Source: an uncultured virus (IMG/VR IMGVR_UViG_3300011475_000006)
Taxonomy: Duplodnaviria > Heunggongvirae > Uroviricota > Caudoviricetes
Reading direction: 5' to 3' (one strand)
DNA: 64,000 nucleotides
Virus record (IMG/VR): IMGVR_UViG_3300011475_000006
The notes under the pieces were generated by a model that searched no databases, was not told where the DNA came from, and saw only the letters and a program-made list of their open reading frames with translations. Every line of letters begins with the position of its first letter. The stretch's first letter is position 1. The translations under genes were made by a program, and so were the position numbers. This document shows positions 28,258 through 38,910 of the stretch, piece by piece.

Positions 28258-31200
28258 CGATCTGGTTATCAAGCTGGATGTTGACCGCGCCACCTTCAGC
28301 GAGCAGGTCGCCCGAATCAAAGGGCAACTGACAGGAATGGCGGATGAGTCTGATAAAGTTCAGGCGCGAATGCAGCGCGCAGCGGACCGTCAGAGCGCGG
28401 CACTAAAGAGCGTGGGCGACGCTGGTGCAGCTGCAGCTGCAGCTACAGAAATGAAAGCCCGACAGTCTGCCGCCACGGAAGGGCTGACCAAAGACTGGCA
28501 GAAAGTTTCAAAGTCCGTTGATGAAACCCACCGCCGCGTGACCGAGCTTAATCAGCGCATGCGTGAGAATGACGGGCAGGCCGCTGCGCTTGCCCGCCGA
28601 CAGGATGAACTGGCGGCATCATTTTTCCGCCAGATCGACGGCGTTCGCCAGCTCAATGGTGAAACACAGTCGCTTGCGAACGTGCAGGCGCGCTTTCGCG
28701 CAGCGAGGGCACAGGGCAACATAACCCAGCAGGATTATCTCGCCCTTATTTCCCGCACCACGGCCCGTCAAAAAGAACTGCAGATCGTGGAGGAAAAATC
28801 GGCCGCAGCGCGCACGCGATTCCTCAGTCAGCTGAAGCAACAGGTTGCAGAGCAAAAGCTCTCCGGTACCGAGCTGCTGCGCATGAAGGCGGCGCAGGTC
28901 GGTGCCAGCGATGCGGCTGAAGTCTATATCCGCAAGCTCGAAGCTGCCAAAGTTGCCACGCACGGTCTGGGGCTGCAAAGTGCTGCCGCACGGCAGGAGC
29001 TGGGGATACTGATCGGCGAGGTCATGCGCGGTAACTTTGGCGCGCTGCGCGGATCCGGGATCACGCTGGCTAACCGGGCAGGGTGGATAGACCAGCTTCT
29101 GTCGCTGCGCGGTCTTGGGATCGCCGGTATGGTCGGAGGGATTGCCGCGGCGGTATTCGGGCTGGGTAAGGCCTGGTATGACGGCAGCAAAGAGTCTGAG
29201 GAATTTAACAGGCAGCTGATCCTGACCGGGAACTACGCGGGGAAAACGTCAGGGCAGCTTCAGGCGCTGGCGCGTTCGCTGGCCGGTAATGGCATCACGC
29301 AGCATGCCGCTGCAGGCGTGCTGGCGCAGGTCGTTGGCAGCGGCGCGTTCAGCGGTAATGACGTCAGCATGGTCAGCAATGTTGCCGCCAGGCTGCAGCA
29401 GGCTACCGGGCAAGCCGTTGACGAAACCATAAATCAGTTTAAACGCCTGAAGGATGATCCGGTTAACGCGGTCGCGACGCTCAACGATTCCCTTCATTTT
29501 CTGACGGCCACCCAGTATAAGCAGATTGCCTCTGCTCAGTCACTGGGGGATTCTCAGAAGGCTGCCGAGCTGGCCATGCGGGCATATTCCGACGCGGTCA
29601 TTCAGCGCGCCGGTGCGGTCGAGGATAATCTCGGATCCCTCGAAAAAGCCTGGAACTGGGTGAAGAATGCCGCCTCCGGTGCGTGGGATGCGATGCTGGG
29701 CGTCGGGCGTAATCCTGACACCGCGATGAAGCGCCAGGACTCTTTTGCTGAATGGCAGGCTGCAGAGAAAGAGTACCGCGCGCTGTCCAGCAATCTTAAG
29801 GTCGACCCGGATTATGCCGGTAACAACGTTCTGCAGAAAGCTGATGCGGAAAGGCTGAGAAACGCGCGCCAGCAGGTGGAGCTGAAAAAGCAGGCTTACG
29901 ATCTTGCCGATCAGCAATACGCCCAGGAAGGGCTGGCAGCCGCACGGGAAAAAATGCGAACGGACCAGCAGGCTCAGGCAATCCGCAGCCAGCAGCAGTT
30001 TAACCAGCTGGTGGAGTCCGGCGCGACGGCGGCAGAAAAGCGGGCTTCAGCAGAGAAAAAGCTCAGTCAGCTTATTGAGAAAAACCGCCAGGATGCGAAA
30101 GACGGTGTCGCCACGCTGTGGACCGAAAAGGACATTGCCGCGGCCCGTGCCGGGATTGAAAAGCAGTGGAAGGATCCCAAAACGCCGAAAGGCAAAAGCT
30201 ATTCAACGCCAGCCGGAGACAAGGCCGAGGAAAAGGCGCAGGCTGAACTTCTCACCCTTCAGGCCCAGCTTAAAACGCTCGAGCAGCATACCAGCGTAAA
30301 CGACGTTATCAGCAAACAGCGCCAGGATCTCTGGCAGACTGAAAATCAATTCACCGTTCTGCAGGAGGCCGCGGGGCGTCGTCAGCTTACGGCGCAGGAA
30401 AAATCCCTGCTGGCGCACAAGGAAGAAACGCTTGAGTACAAGCGGCAGCTGGCCGACCTGGGCGATAAGGTTGCCAGCCAGCAGAAGCTCAACCAGCTGG
30501 CCGATCAGGCCGTGAAGTTTGAGCAGCAGCAAAAAGCCGCCAGGGCGGGCCTACAGGCTCAGTCTGATGGGGTATCCACCCGGGAAGCCGGACGACAAAC
30601 TACGCTGCAACGTCTCAGCGAAAGCTATTCGTATAACCCTCAGGCGCAGCAAAAGGTACTGGAAGAGCAAAGGGCGACGTTCGAGGCTGAAGATGCCCTG
30701 CGCGCAAACTGGTTGGCCGGTGCGAAACAGGGCTGGGCCGAATATCAGGATTCAGCGACAAACGTTTTCAGCTCCGTTCAGCAGATTTCGCAGGCGACGT
30801 TTAGCGGGCTGGCGGGCCAGCTTACCAGCCTGACGACAACCGGGAAGGCGAGCTTCAGGGAATTCACCAGCTCGATCCTTAAAATGATTGTGTCCGTTAT
30901 CAACCAGCTGCTGGTGGCCTACACCATCCAGAGCGCATTGGGCTGGGTGAGCGGCGGGGCGAAAACCTCCTCTGCAGGTCAGTCATTCGCGGTCCCGTCA
31001 TACCGACCACGGGGTTTTGACACAGGCGGCTTTACCGGGCACGGCGGCAAATATGAGCCCGCAGGCGTGGTTCATCGCGGGGAATTCGTCTTCACCAAAG
31101 AATCGACCAGCCGCATCGGTGTGGCCAATCTCTATCGCCTGATGCGCGGGTATGCCTCGGGTGGTCTGGTCGGCGGCGGGAGCGTAGCCGGTGCTGGCAT

Positions 31201-31381
31201 GGGCGGGATTAGTATTTATGCCCCAGTCAGCATCAGCCAGCAGGGGAGTGACGGAAGCATAAATCAGGCGAACGCCACGGGAACGGCGAAGCAGCTGCAG
31301 GCGATTGTTCAGCAGACAATCACCGAGCGACTGAAAAAAGAAATGTCCGCAGGCGGCGTGCTTTATTCGAGGAGGACATAG
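28241..31381 (+). CDS. H: Tape measure protein gpH
   Basis: 1046 aa Ala/Gln-rich helical protein; GGFTG.GGKYEPAGVVHRGEFV. Confidence 0.93.
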   Translation: MAQQISDLVIKLDVDRATFSEQVARIKGQLTGMADESDKVQARMQRAADRQSAALKSVGDAGAAAAAATEMKARQSAATEGLTKDWQKVSKSVDETHRRVTELNQRMRENDGQAAALARRQDELAASFFRQIDGVRQLNGETQSLANVQARFRAARAQGNITQQDYLALISRTTARQKELQIVEEKSAAARTRFLSQLKQQVAEQKLSGTELLRMKAAQVGASDAAEVYIRKLEAAKVATHGLGLQSAAARQELGILIGEVMRGNFGALRGSGITLANRAGWIDQLLSLRGLGIAGMVGGIAAAVFGLGKAWYDGSKESEEFNRQLILTGNYAGKTSGQLQALARSLAGNGITQHAAAGVLAQVVGSGAFSGNDVSMVSNVAARLQQATGQAVDETINQFKRLKDDPVNAVATLNDSLHFLTATQYKQIASAQSLGDSQKAAELAMRAYSDAVIQRAGAVEDNLGSLEKAWNWVKNAASGAWDAMLGVGRNPDTAMKRQDSFAEWQAAEKEYRALSSNLKVDPDYAGNNVLQKADAERLRNARQQVELKKQAYDLADQQYAQEGLAAAREKMRTDQQAQAIRSQQQFNQLVESGATAAEKRASAEKKLSQLIEKNRQDAKDGVATLWTEKDIAAARAGIEKQWKDPKTPKGKSYSTPAGDKAEEKAQAELLTLQAQLKTLEQHTSVNDVISKQRQDLWQTENQFTVLQEAAGRRQLTAQEKSLLAHKEETLEYKRQLADLGDKVASQQKLNQLADQAVKFEQQQKAARAGLQAQSDGVSTREAGRQTTLQRLSESYSYNPQAQQKVLEEQRATFEAEDALRANWLAGAKQGWAEYQDSATNVFSSVQQISQATFSGLAGQLTSLTTTGKASFREFTSSILKMIVSVINQLLVAYTIQSALGWVSGGAKTSSAGQSFAVPSYRPRGFDTGGFTGHGGKYEPAGVVHRGEFVFTKESTSRIGVANLYRLMRGYASGGLVGGGSVAGAGMGGISIYAPVSISQQGSDGSINQANATGTAKQLQAIVQQTITERLKKEMSAGGVLYSRRT

Positions 31382-31719
31382 TGACGGACACATTTACCTG
31401 GCGCACGCGCAAAACCGCGCAGGGCACTGAAACAGCCCGAACGCTGCAGGCCCAGTTCGGGGATGGCTACAAACAGATAGCAGGGATGGGGATCAATGAC
31501 AAACAGGAAACGTGGAATCTGGACTGGACTGGCACCAGACAGGAGGCGGCTGCGCTGCGCGCTTTTCTGATGTCTCACGTTACTAAATCGTTCTGGTGGA
31601 CCACGCCATGGGGTGAAAAAAAGCTGTTCAGAATGAAAGCCGATTCGTTCAGTGTTTCATTCCCTACCGGGAAAAAAGCCACTGTGGCCTTCACTTTTGA
31701 ACAGGCGTTCGCGTCCTGA
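31381..31719 (+). CDS. M: Distal tail protein gpM
   Basis: QFGDGYKQ; SFWWTTP. Confidence 0.88.
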   Translation: MTDTFTWRTRKTAQGTETARTLQAQFGDGYKQIAGMGINDKQETWNLDWTGTRQEAAALRAFLMSHVTKSFWWTTPWGEKKLFRMKADSFSVSFPTGKKATVAFTFEQAFAS

Positions 31720-31774
31720 TTTTCTCGACAAACACTGAAAGCTGCCTCCGGGCGGCTTTTTTTATGGGGGGTGT

Positions 31775-32512
31775 ATGAGTTTTACGGCAGATATACAACA
31801 GCTTGAGCCCGGCAGCGTTATTCAGCTGATTGAGATCGACGGCACTGAATTCGGTATGGATCAGGTGCTGCGTTTTCATGCGCACAATATACAGGAAGAA
31901 GGGTGGGCAGCCTTCGCCGCGGAAAATCTGCCCGCCATTATCTGGCAGGGAAACCAGTACGATCCCCATCCCTACGAACTGAAGGGGATGGAATTATCGA
32001 GTACAGGGTCCCAGCCAACGCCCACGCTGTCCGTCGGGAACGTCGGAAACTATGTCACGGCGCTGTGTCTTGAATATGACGATATGGTTAGGGCGAAGGT
32101 CAAAATCCATACCACGCTTTCGAAGTATCTCGATGCCGCCAACTGGAAAAACGGTAATCCGGGTGCCAGCCCGGCCGATGAGCGCGTACAGCTCTTTTAT
32201 GTCAATGCCAAAACCGCAGAGACGCGGGTACAGGTTGATTTTGAGCTGTGTTCTCCTTTCGATATTCAGAGCCTGCAGCTGCCGACACGGCAGATTACGC
32301 CTGTCTGCACCTGGTGCATGCGGGGCTGGTACCGAAGCGGGACCGGATGCGATTACAACGGCACTAAATACTTTACCAAAGACGGTACGCCGACCGATGA
32401 CCCGTCGAAAGACGTTTGTGGCGGCCGCCGGCCGGATTGTCAGGATCGTCACGGTCCGGACGCGCCACTGCCGTTCGGCGGTTTTCCGGCTGCAAACCTG
32501 CAGAGGAAATAA
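31775..32512 (+). CDS. L: Minor tail protein gpL
   Basis: CTWC..YRSG.GC.Y..C..C..LPFGGFP. Confidence 0.9.
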   Translation: MSFTADIQQLEPGSVIQLIEIDGTEFGMDQVLRFHAHNIQEEGWAAFAAENLPAIIWQGNQYDPHPYELKGMELSSTGSQPTPTLSVGNVGNYVTALCLEYDDMVRAKVKIHTTLSKYLDAANWKNGNPGASPADERVQLFYVNAKTAETRVQVDFELCSPFDIQSLQLPTRQITPVCTWCMRGWYRSGTGCDYNGTKYFTKDGTPTDDPSKDVCGGRRPDCQDRHGPDAPLPFGGFPAANLQRK

Positions 32513-32514
32513 AA

Positions 32515-33234
32515 ATGCGTGAAAAATTGCTGGATGCTATCCGTCAGCACGTCGCTGCTGAATACCCCAAAGAAGCCTGCGGCCTGATTGTTCAGTCAGG
32601 CCAGCAACAAATCTTTATTCCCTGCCGCAACATTGCCGATAAGCCCGAGGATACATTCACGCTCTCCCCGGAAGACCAACTCGCTGCCCGCGCGCGCGGT
32701 GAGATCATCATGCTTATTCATTCCCATCCGGATGTGGTTCGGCTGGTGCCCTCAGAGCTGGACCGGATTCAGTGCGACTGGTCGGGGATTGAGTGGGGGA
32801 TCATGTCCTGGCCGGACGGGGATTTTTGTACGATTTCCCCGCGTGAAGACCGGGATTATGCCGGGCGGCAGTGGGTTCTGGGTTATGCGGACTGCTGGGC
32901 GCTTATCCGTGAATTTTATCTGCGCGAATACGGTATTGTTCTCGGGAACTATTCGGTACCTTACGAATGGTGGGAGAGCGGCAAGGAGCGTCTCTACGAC
33001 GACAACTGGGAGCGTGAGGGATTCGTTGAGATTGCCGCCGGTGCAATGCAGCCCGGAGATATCATCATGATGAGTGTACAGGCATCGGTGACTAATCACG
33101 CCGCGGTATATGTGGGTGATAACAACATTCTCCATCATCTGTTCGGGCACCTTTCTTCGCGAACGCCTTATGGAAAATATTATCGCGACAGAACGGTCCG
33201 GGTGGTCAGGCATAAGGACAGAATGCATGGTTAA
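32515..33234 (+). CDS. K: Tail protein gpK (JAB/MPN + NlpC/P60)
   Basis: YPKEACG, HSHPD, DCW, NHAAVY. Confidence 0.9.
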   Translation: MREKLLDAIRQHVAAEYPKEACGLIVQSGQQQIFIPCRNIADKPEDTFTLSPEDQLAARARGEIIMLIHSHPDVVRLVPSELDRIQCDWSGIEWGIMSWPDGDFCTISPREDRDYAGRQWVLGYADCWALIREFYLREYGIVLGNYSVPYEWWESGKERLYDDNWEREGFVEIAAGAMQPGDIIMMSVQASVTNHAAVYVGDNNILHHLFGHLSSRTPYGKYYRDRTVRVVRHKDRMHG

Positions 33235-33847
33235 GACGCTTATTCTCGACGGGAAAATGGCTAAAAAATTCGGTAAGCGCGTTCAGTTTGATGTTGTCGA
33301 TCTGCGCGAAATGCTCAGGGCCATGTGTTCACAGGTTCCCGGGTTCAAAAAATACATGTCGGAAGCTCATATGAAGGGTATCCGTTTCGCCTTTTTTAAC
33401 GGGGATAACAATATCGGGCTGGAAGAGTTCGATATGACGCGTGGTGGAAGCGTGTACCGGATCGTGCCCGTTTATGAGGGGGCCAAAAGTTCGGGCGTCC
33501 TGCAGATAGTTGTCGGCGCCGTTGCGCTGGTCGCCGCATTCTTTACCGCCGGTGCGAGCATGGCCGCCTGGGGCGCGGCGATGAGTGCAACAGCTATCAG
33601 CGCCACGTCAATTTTGACCGGGGTCGGGGTGTCGATGATGCTGGGCGGGGTTGTCCAGATGCTCACACCCCAGCCATCCTTCGGCGCGGGCAAATCCTCC
33701 AGCACGGATAACACGCCTAACTATGCCTTTGGGGCGCCGGTCAACACGGTTGCCATGGGGCATCCCGTTCCCCTGGCTTACGGCGGCTGGATTGAAGTGG
33801 GAGGGGCGATAGTCAGCGCGGGTATGTACTCGAGCGATCAGCAATAA
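33227..33847 (+). CDS. I: Tail assembly protein gpI
   Basis: GVLQIVVGAV; PVPLAYG..VGGAIVSAG. Confidence 0.88.
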   Translation: MVKTLILDGKMAKKFGKRVQFDVVDLREMLRAMCSQVPGFKKYMSEAHMKGIRFAFFNGDNNIGLEEFDMTRGGSVYRIVPVYEGAKSSGVLQIVVGAVALVAAFFTAGASMAAWGAAMSATAISATSILTGVGVSMMLGGVVQMLTPQPSFGAGKSSSTDNTPNYAFGAPVNTVAMGHPVPLAYGGWIEVGGAIVSAGMYSSDQQ

Positions 33848-33932
33848 AGAATTCAACTGAAATAAGATGAACGTTACATTGCGATTACCCTTAGTTATCA
33901 TGTCCATAAAGATGCTAATCAAGGAGATGAGA

Positions 33933-34412
33933 GTGAGAAAATACGGTTTAGTCTTATTAGGTGTGCTGTTTGTTTCAGGCTGCGCCACCCAAAATCAGAA
34001 CAACAACTTACAAAAGCAGTACGCTGAGTTATCAAATTGTCAAGAGGATAACATTACTATGCCAAAACAAATGCCGCATAGTAAAAAGGAGTTTGCTGAA
34101 TTTTTATCTAAGGAAGCTCTTAATGCCTCAGCAGATCAGTTTGTTACCCAGAAGCGTATAGAGATTCTGCAATTAGTTGGTTGGGATAATTCGGTAGCTG
34201 ATGCAATAACGACATGCGGCGCTACCAGAAAGAGTAAGCTGAAAGAAATTGGGTCTAATGTGTTTGAAACAATGAAAACCAGCACTAAAGATACAGAAGA
34301 GCGTCGTGCTCTTGTTGAGGCTTATAGTTCGTGGGAGGCTTATATAACCAGCCAAACGCCACTCGCAAAACAGGATTTTGACTCTAAAGTTAGTTATTAC
34401 AAAAACATGTAA
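33933..34412 (+). CDS. AT-rich lipoprotein moron between I and J
   Basis: AAGGAG SD then GTG; signal RKYGLVLLGVLFVSGC lipobox; terminator 34441-34464. Confidence 0.75.
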   Translation: MRKYGLVLLGVLFVSGCATQNQNNNLQKQYAELSNCQEDNITMPKQMPHSKKEFAEFLSKEALNASADQFVTQKRIEILQLVGWDNSVADAITTCGATRKSKLKEIGSNVFETMKTSTKDTEERRALVEAYSSWEAYITSQTPLAKQDFDSKVSYYKNM

Positions 34413-34476
34413 TAAGGCGCCATTATTAATGCTAACAAATAACCCAGCTTAGGCTGGGTTTTTTAATGGGGTAAAA

Positions 34477-37400
34477 ATGCAACTTCTCCATGGTGAAACC
34501 ATCATACAGGGTGCAAAAGGGGGCGGTGGCAGCGCGCACACTCCGGTAGAGCAACCTGACGATCTGCTGTCGGTCGCAAAATTAAAAATGCTTATTGCCG
34601 TTTCTGAGGGGGAAATACAGGGCGACCTGACCGCTCAGAATATTTTTCTCAACGATACGCCGCTGGCAAACGACAGCGGGGAATATAACTTCAGCGGCGT
34701 GAAATGGGAGTTCCGTAAGGGTACACAGGACCAGACCTATATTGCCGGGATGCCTCAGGTCGATAACGAGCTGGCGGTGGGCACAACTGTCACCACCACC
34801 GCGCCCTGGACACGCCAGTTTACCAATCTTTCCCTGGATGCCATCCGCATCAAGCTCAGCCTTCCGGTCCAGTATCTCTATAAAGATAACGGCGATATGG
34901 TGGGCACGGTCACCGAGTATGCGATCGATTTATCAACGGACGGCGGCGCCTGGAAAACGGTTGTAAACGGCAAGTTTGACGGAAAGACCACGACGGAATA
35001 TCAGCGTGACCACCGTATCGATCTGCCAAAATCCACGTCTGGCTGGTCTGTCAGGGTCAGGCGTATTACGGCTGATGCCAGCGGATCAAATTCGAAACTG
35101 GTTAACGCCTTCAAGGTGTTTTCGTATGCAGAAGTCATCGACAGCAAGCTTCGTTATCCTTTAACCGCGCTCCTGTATGTCGAAGTGGACAGCAGCCAGT
35201 TCAACGGCAGCGCGCCGAAAGTGACCTGTAAGATAAAAGGCAAGCTGATTAAGGTTCCGGATAATTACGATCCGATAACCCGAACCTATTCTGGCTCATG
35301 GTCCGGCGGGTTCAAAATGGCCTGGTCCAATAACCCCGCCTGGATATTTTACGATCTGGTTTTGGATGAAATTTACGGCATGGGCACGCGCGTGGATGCG
35401 TCCATGGTGGATAAGTGGGCGCTGTATTCAATCGCCCAGTACTGTGACGAAATGGTTTCCGACGGGGCCGGTGGCACCGAACCGCGTTTCACCTGCAACG
35501 TTTTCATTCAGAGCCAGGAGGACGCCTGGCAGGTACTTAACGATCTTGCCGCGGTATTTCGTGGAATAACGTTCTGGGGCAACGATCAGATTTATGTCCA
35601 GGCAGACGTCCCGCAGGACGATGTTGACTGGGTTTATAACGTCTCAAACGTTATCGATGGGCTGTTTACTTATGCGGGCGGCTCATACAAAAATCGCTAC
35701 AGCTCCTGCCTGGTGTCCTGGTCCGATCCGCAGAACCATTACAGCGATACCGTTGAGGGGGTCTATGATTCGGCGCTTGTAGAACGTTACGACGTCCGGC
35801 AGACGTCCCTGACCGCAATCGGCTGCACCTCGCAAAGTGAAGCGCACCGACGCGGTCGCTGGGTATTGCTTTCCAATGCCAAAGACGGGACCGTATCGTT
35901 TGGCGTGGGGCTGGACGGTTATATCCCTTTGCCCGCTGAAATTATTGGTGTCGCCGATCCCTTCCGTTCAGGTAAGGAGAACGGGGGCCGCATAAGCGCG
36001 GTCAACGGCCGCCAGATTACCCTTGATCGAGAAATAGACTACGCGGCGAAAGACAGGCTGGTGGTTAACCTTCCCGACGGAAAAGCCCAGACGCGGACAA
36101 TCAGCGCGGTGAGCGCCGATAAAAAAACGGTGACGGTGGCTACGGCATTCAGTCAGGTTCCTGTGGCGGGCGCTGTCTGGGCGATAGACAGTGATAACCT
36201 CGCAATACAGTACTTCAGGGTCACCTCAATCGCGGCTAACGACGACAGCTCAGGCGGTTTCACTATTACGGCCGTTCAGCACGATCCAAACAAATACCGT
36301 TACATCGATGACGGCGTTCGGGTCGAGTCGCCCCCGATCACCGTCACGCCGATAAGCGTCCTGTCTGCTCCGAAGAATATCGTGGTGAGTGAGAGCGATC
36401 ATGTGTCTCAGGGGCTGACTGTCGCAAGCCTGGACGTGTCATGGGATAAGGTAGAGGGCGCAATCCGGTACGTTGCCCAGTGGCGTAAGGACAACGGGGA
36501 CTGGATAAACGTTCCGGTTACCAGCGCGCAGGGTTTCTCGGTTCAGGGCATTTATTCGGGCAGCTATGACGTGCGCGTCCGGGCGCTGAATGCGCAGGAT
36601 ACGTCGTCACCATGGGGATACGGTGAAACAACTTACCTCTCCGGTAAAACGGGAAAACCGGGTACTCCGCTCAACTTCCTGGCGACCGAAGATGTGGTCT
36701 GGCATATCGACCTGACCTGGAAATATCCGGATGGCTCAGGCGACACGGCCTATACAGAGATTCAGCGCGCCACAACTGCCGACTACGCCAATCCTGAACT
36801 GCTGGTACTGGTGCCGTACCCGGCTGCAGATTATCAGCATGGCCCTATGCCTGCCGGAGTTCGCCAGTGGTACCGCGCGCGCCTGATTGACCGTATCGGT
36901 AACACCGGGGACTGGACCGACTGGGTCATGGGCACGTCCTCGATAGATGTCAGCGAAATAACCAATGACATTCTGGAGGATATGAAAAAGTCGGAAACGT
37001 TCAAGGACCTGATCGAGAACGCGGTGGACAGCAACGAAAAAATTGCTGGCATGGCTGACGAAATCAAAAACCATGCCGACGAACTCGAGCAGCAGGCGAA
37101 AGACATCCAGGAGAACGCTGACGGGCTGGCGCAGGCCGAAGTGAAGATCGACGAGATTTCTGTGTCTATGGACGGCATGACGGGCGGGGTGAAGAACTCA
37201 GCCATTGCCATTATCCAGAACGGGCTGGCGCAGGTGGCCACGCGTAAAAGGCTATCCGCAACAGTCGCCGGTAACAGTGCGCAGCTGGATCGTATTGATG
37301 AGGTAATCGTTAACGAGAAGGAGGCAACGGCGCGCTCGCTGCTGAGCCTGCAGACCGACGTTAACGGCAACAAAGCATCCATCAATAGCCTGAATCAGAC

Positions 37401-38355
37401 GTTCTCGGATTACCAGCAGGCTATGGCCACGCAGGTAAACAGCATTACGGCGACCGTGAATGGCCACACTTCGGCGATCACCACCAACGCGGAGGCCATT
37501 GCGAACGTCAACGGCGACCTGAAGGCGATGTACAGCATCAAGGTCGGGTTATCCAGTAACGGCCAGTATTACGCGGCAGGAATGGGGATTGGCGTTGAGA
37601 ATACGCCATCAGGCATGCAGTCGCAGGTTATCTTCCTGGCAGACCGCTTCGCGGTAACGCACCAGGCCGGAGCGACCGTTACGCTTCCGTTCGTTATTCA
37701 GAACGGGCAGACCTTTATCCGAAATACTGTGATTGGTGAAGGGACTATCGATAACACCAAAATCGGCAGCTACATCCAGTCGACAACCTGGGACGGTACA
37801 GGGAACGTTGGCTGGCATATCAACAAATCCGGTTATGCAACATTCAATAATGTGACCATCCGTGGAACTGTGTATGCAACCAATGGGAGTTTCACCGGAG
37901 AGATAAATGCAACGAGTGGAAAATTCAAAGGTACGGTTGAGGCAACAAGTTTCATTGGCGACGTAGCTAACGGTTATGTATTTGCAGATACGGAAATGAC
38001 TGCGGGCAACACCGATACAAAAAGGTCGTTCAGATATACTGACAGCACTACAGGCTCCCTGGACAAACAAGTACTTGTTATGTGTATGATTGATTCATAT
38101 CGTCCAGCAACAGCAGGCACTGCGAGAGTAACGGTCACTATCGCAGGTGCATCTAAACAGTTTGTCGTTCAGTTAAGTAATCTAGGGGTTTCTGCATACA
38201 GCACAACAGATTGCTCAGCCATTATATTTTCTGTAAGAACATCAGCCAGAGTAGTTGATTGCTCTATTGTTGCGAGGGCTGAAGGTGGTGGCGTATCAAT
38301 CAAATCGCCTGCGATGTTAATTATGCGAGGCACCGGTTCGTTTACACAGTTGTAA
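34477..38355 (+). CDS. J: Central tail fibre / host specificity protein gpJ
   Basis: 1292 aa; NNPAWIFYDL, EPRFTCN, FN3-like repeats, FLADRFAV. Confidence 0.93.
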   Translation: MQLLHGETIIQGAKGGGGSAHTPVEQPDDLLSVAKLKMLIAVSEGEIQGDLTAQNIFLNDTPLANDSGEYNFSGVKWEFRKGTQDQTYIAGMPQVDNELAVGTTVTTTAPWTRQFTNLSLDAIRIKLSLPVQYLYKDNGDMVGTVTEYAIDLSTDGGAWKTVVNGKFDGKTTTEYQRDHRIDLPKSTSGWSVRVRRITADASGSNSKLVNAFKVFSYAEVIDSKLRYPLTALLYVEVDSSQFNGSAPKVTCKIKGKLIKVPDNYDPITRTYSGSWSGGFKMAWSNNPAWIFYDLVLDEIYGMGTRVDASMVDKWALYSIAQYCDEMVSDGAGGTEPRFTCNVFIQSQEDAWQVLNDLAAVFRGITFWGNDQIYVQADVPQDDVDWVYNVSNVIDGLFTYAGGSYKNRYSSCLVSWSDPQNHYSDTVEGVYDSALVERYDVRQTSLTAIGCTSQSEAHRRGRWVLLSNAKDGTVSFGVGLDGYIPLPAEIIGVADPFRSGKENGGRISAVNGRQITLDREIDYAAKDRLVVNLPDGKAQTRTISAVSADKKTVTVATAFSQVPVAGAVWAIDSDNLAIQYFRVTSIAANDDSSGGFTITAVQHDPNKYRYIDDGVRVESPPITVTPISVLSAPKNIVVSESDHVSQGLTVASLDVSWDKVEGAIRYVAQWRKDNGDWINVPVTSAQGFSVQGIYSGSYDVRVRALNAQDTSSPWGYGETTYLSGKTGKPGTPLNFLATEDVVWHIDLTWKYPDGSGDTAYTEIQRATTADYANPELLVLVPYPAADYQHGPMPAGVRQWYRARLIDRIGNTGDWTDWVMGTSSIDVSEITNDILEDMKKSETFKDLIENAVDSNEKIAGMADEIKNHADELEQQAKDIQENADGLAQAEVKIDEISVSMDGMTGGVKNSAIAIIQNGLAQVATRKRLSATVAGNSAQLDRIDEVIVNEKEATARSLLSLQTDVNGNKASINSLNQTFSDYQQAMATQVNSITATVNGHTSAITTNAEAIANVNGDLKAMYSIKVGLSSNGQYYAAGMGIGVENTPSGMQSQVIFLADRFAVTHQAGATVTLPFVIQNGQTFIRNTVIGEGTIDNTKIGSYIQSTTWDGTGNVGWHINKSGYATFNNVTIRGTVYATNGSFTGEINATSGKFKGTVEATSFIGDVANGYVFADTEMTAGNTDTKRSFRYTDSTTGSLDKQVLVMCMIDSYRPATAGTARVTVTIAGASKQFVVQLSNLGVSAYSTTDCSAIIFSVRTSARVVDCSIVARAEGGGVSIKSPAMLIMRGTGSFTQL

Positions 38356-38910
38356 TTACGATAATGTATTCATTGTTCTCAAACCCGCTATTTGGCGGGT
38401 TTTTTATTGTCTGGAGAAAATATGCTTTATAACACTGGAACCATAGCCATTAACGGAAATACTGCAACTGGCACCGGCACAAACTGGACGGCACCTGCCA
38501 GCCAGGTTCGCGCTGGCCAGACGATTATCGTGATGTCTAACCCGGTGCAGCTGTTCCAGATTTCATCCGTGAACAGCGCCACGGCAATGACAGTTACGCC
38601 TGCCGCTTCCCCGGCGCTGAGCGGCCAGAAGTATGGAATTCTTGTGTCGGACATTATCTCAGTCGACGGCCTGGCGCAGGCCATGTCTCAGCTCATCAAA
38701 GATTACGACGAGAATATTGGCGCGTGGGAAACATTCGCCACCACCTCGGCGAACCAGAGCATCACCGTTACTATCAACGGCAGCCCTGTGACGATCCCCG
38801 GCATCGGTAAACTGGCACAGAAAGGAAGTAACGGTGCGCTGGCTGTTGCTGACGGCGGAACGGGAGCAACTAAGGCAGAAGACGCTCGCACAAACCTCGG
38901 TTTGGGAGAT
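36997..38910 (+). repeat. Left arm of a 1914-bp inverted repeat (J C-terminus + fibre N-terminus)
   Basis: Near-identical reverse complement at 40725-42638. Confidence 0.9.
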
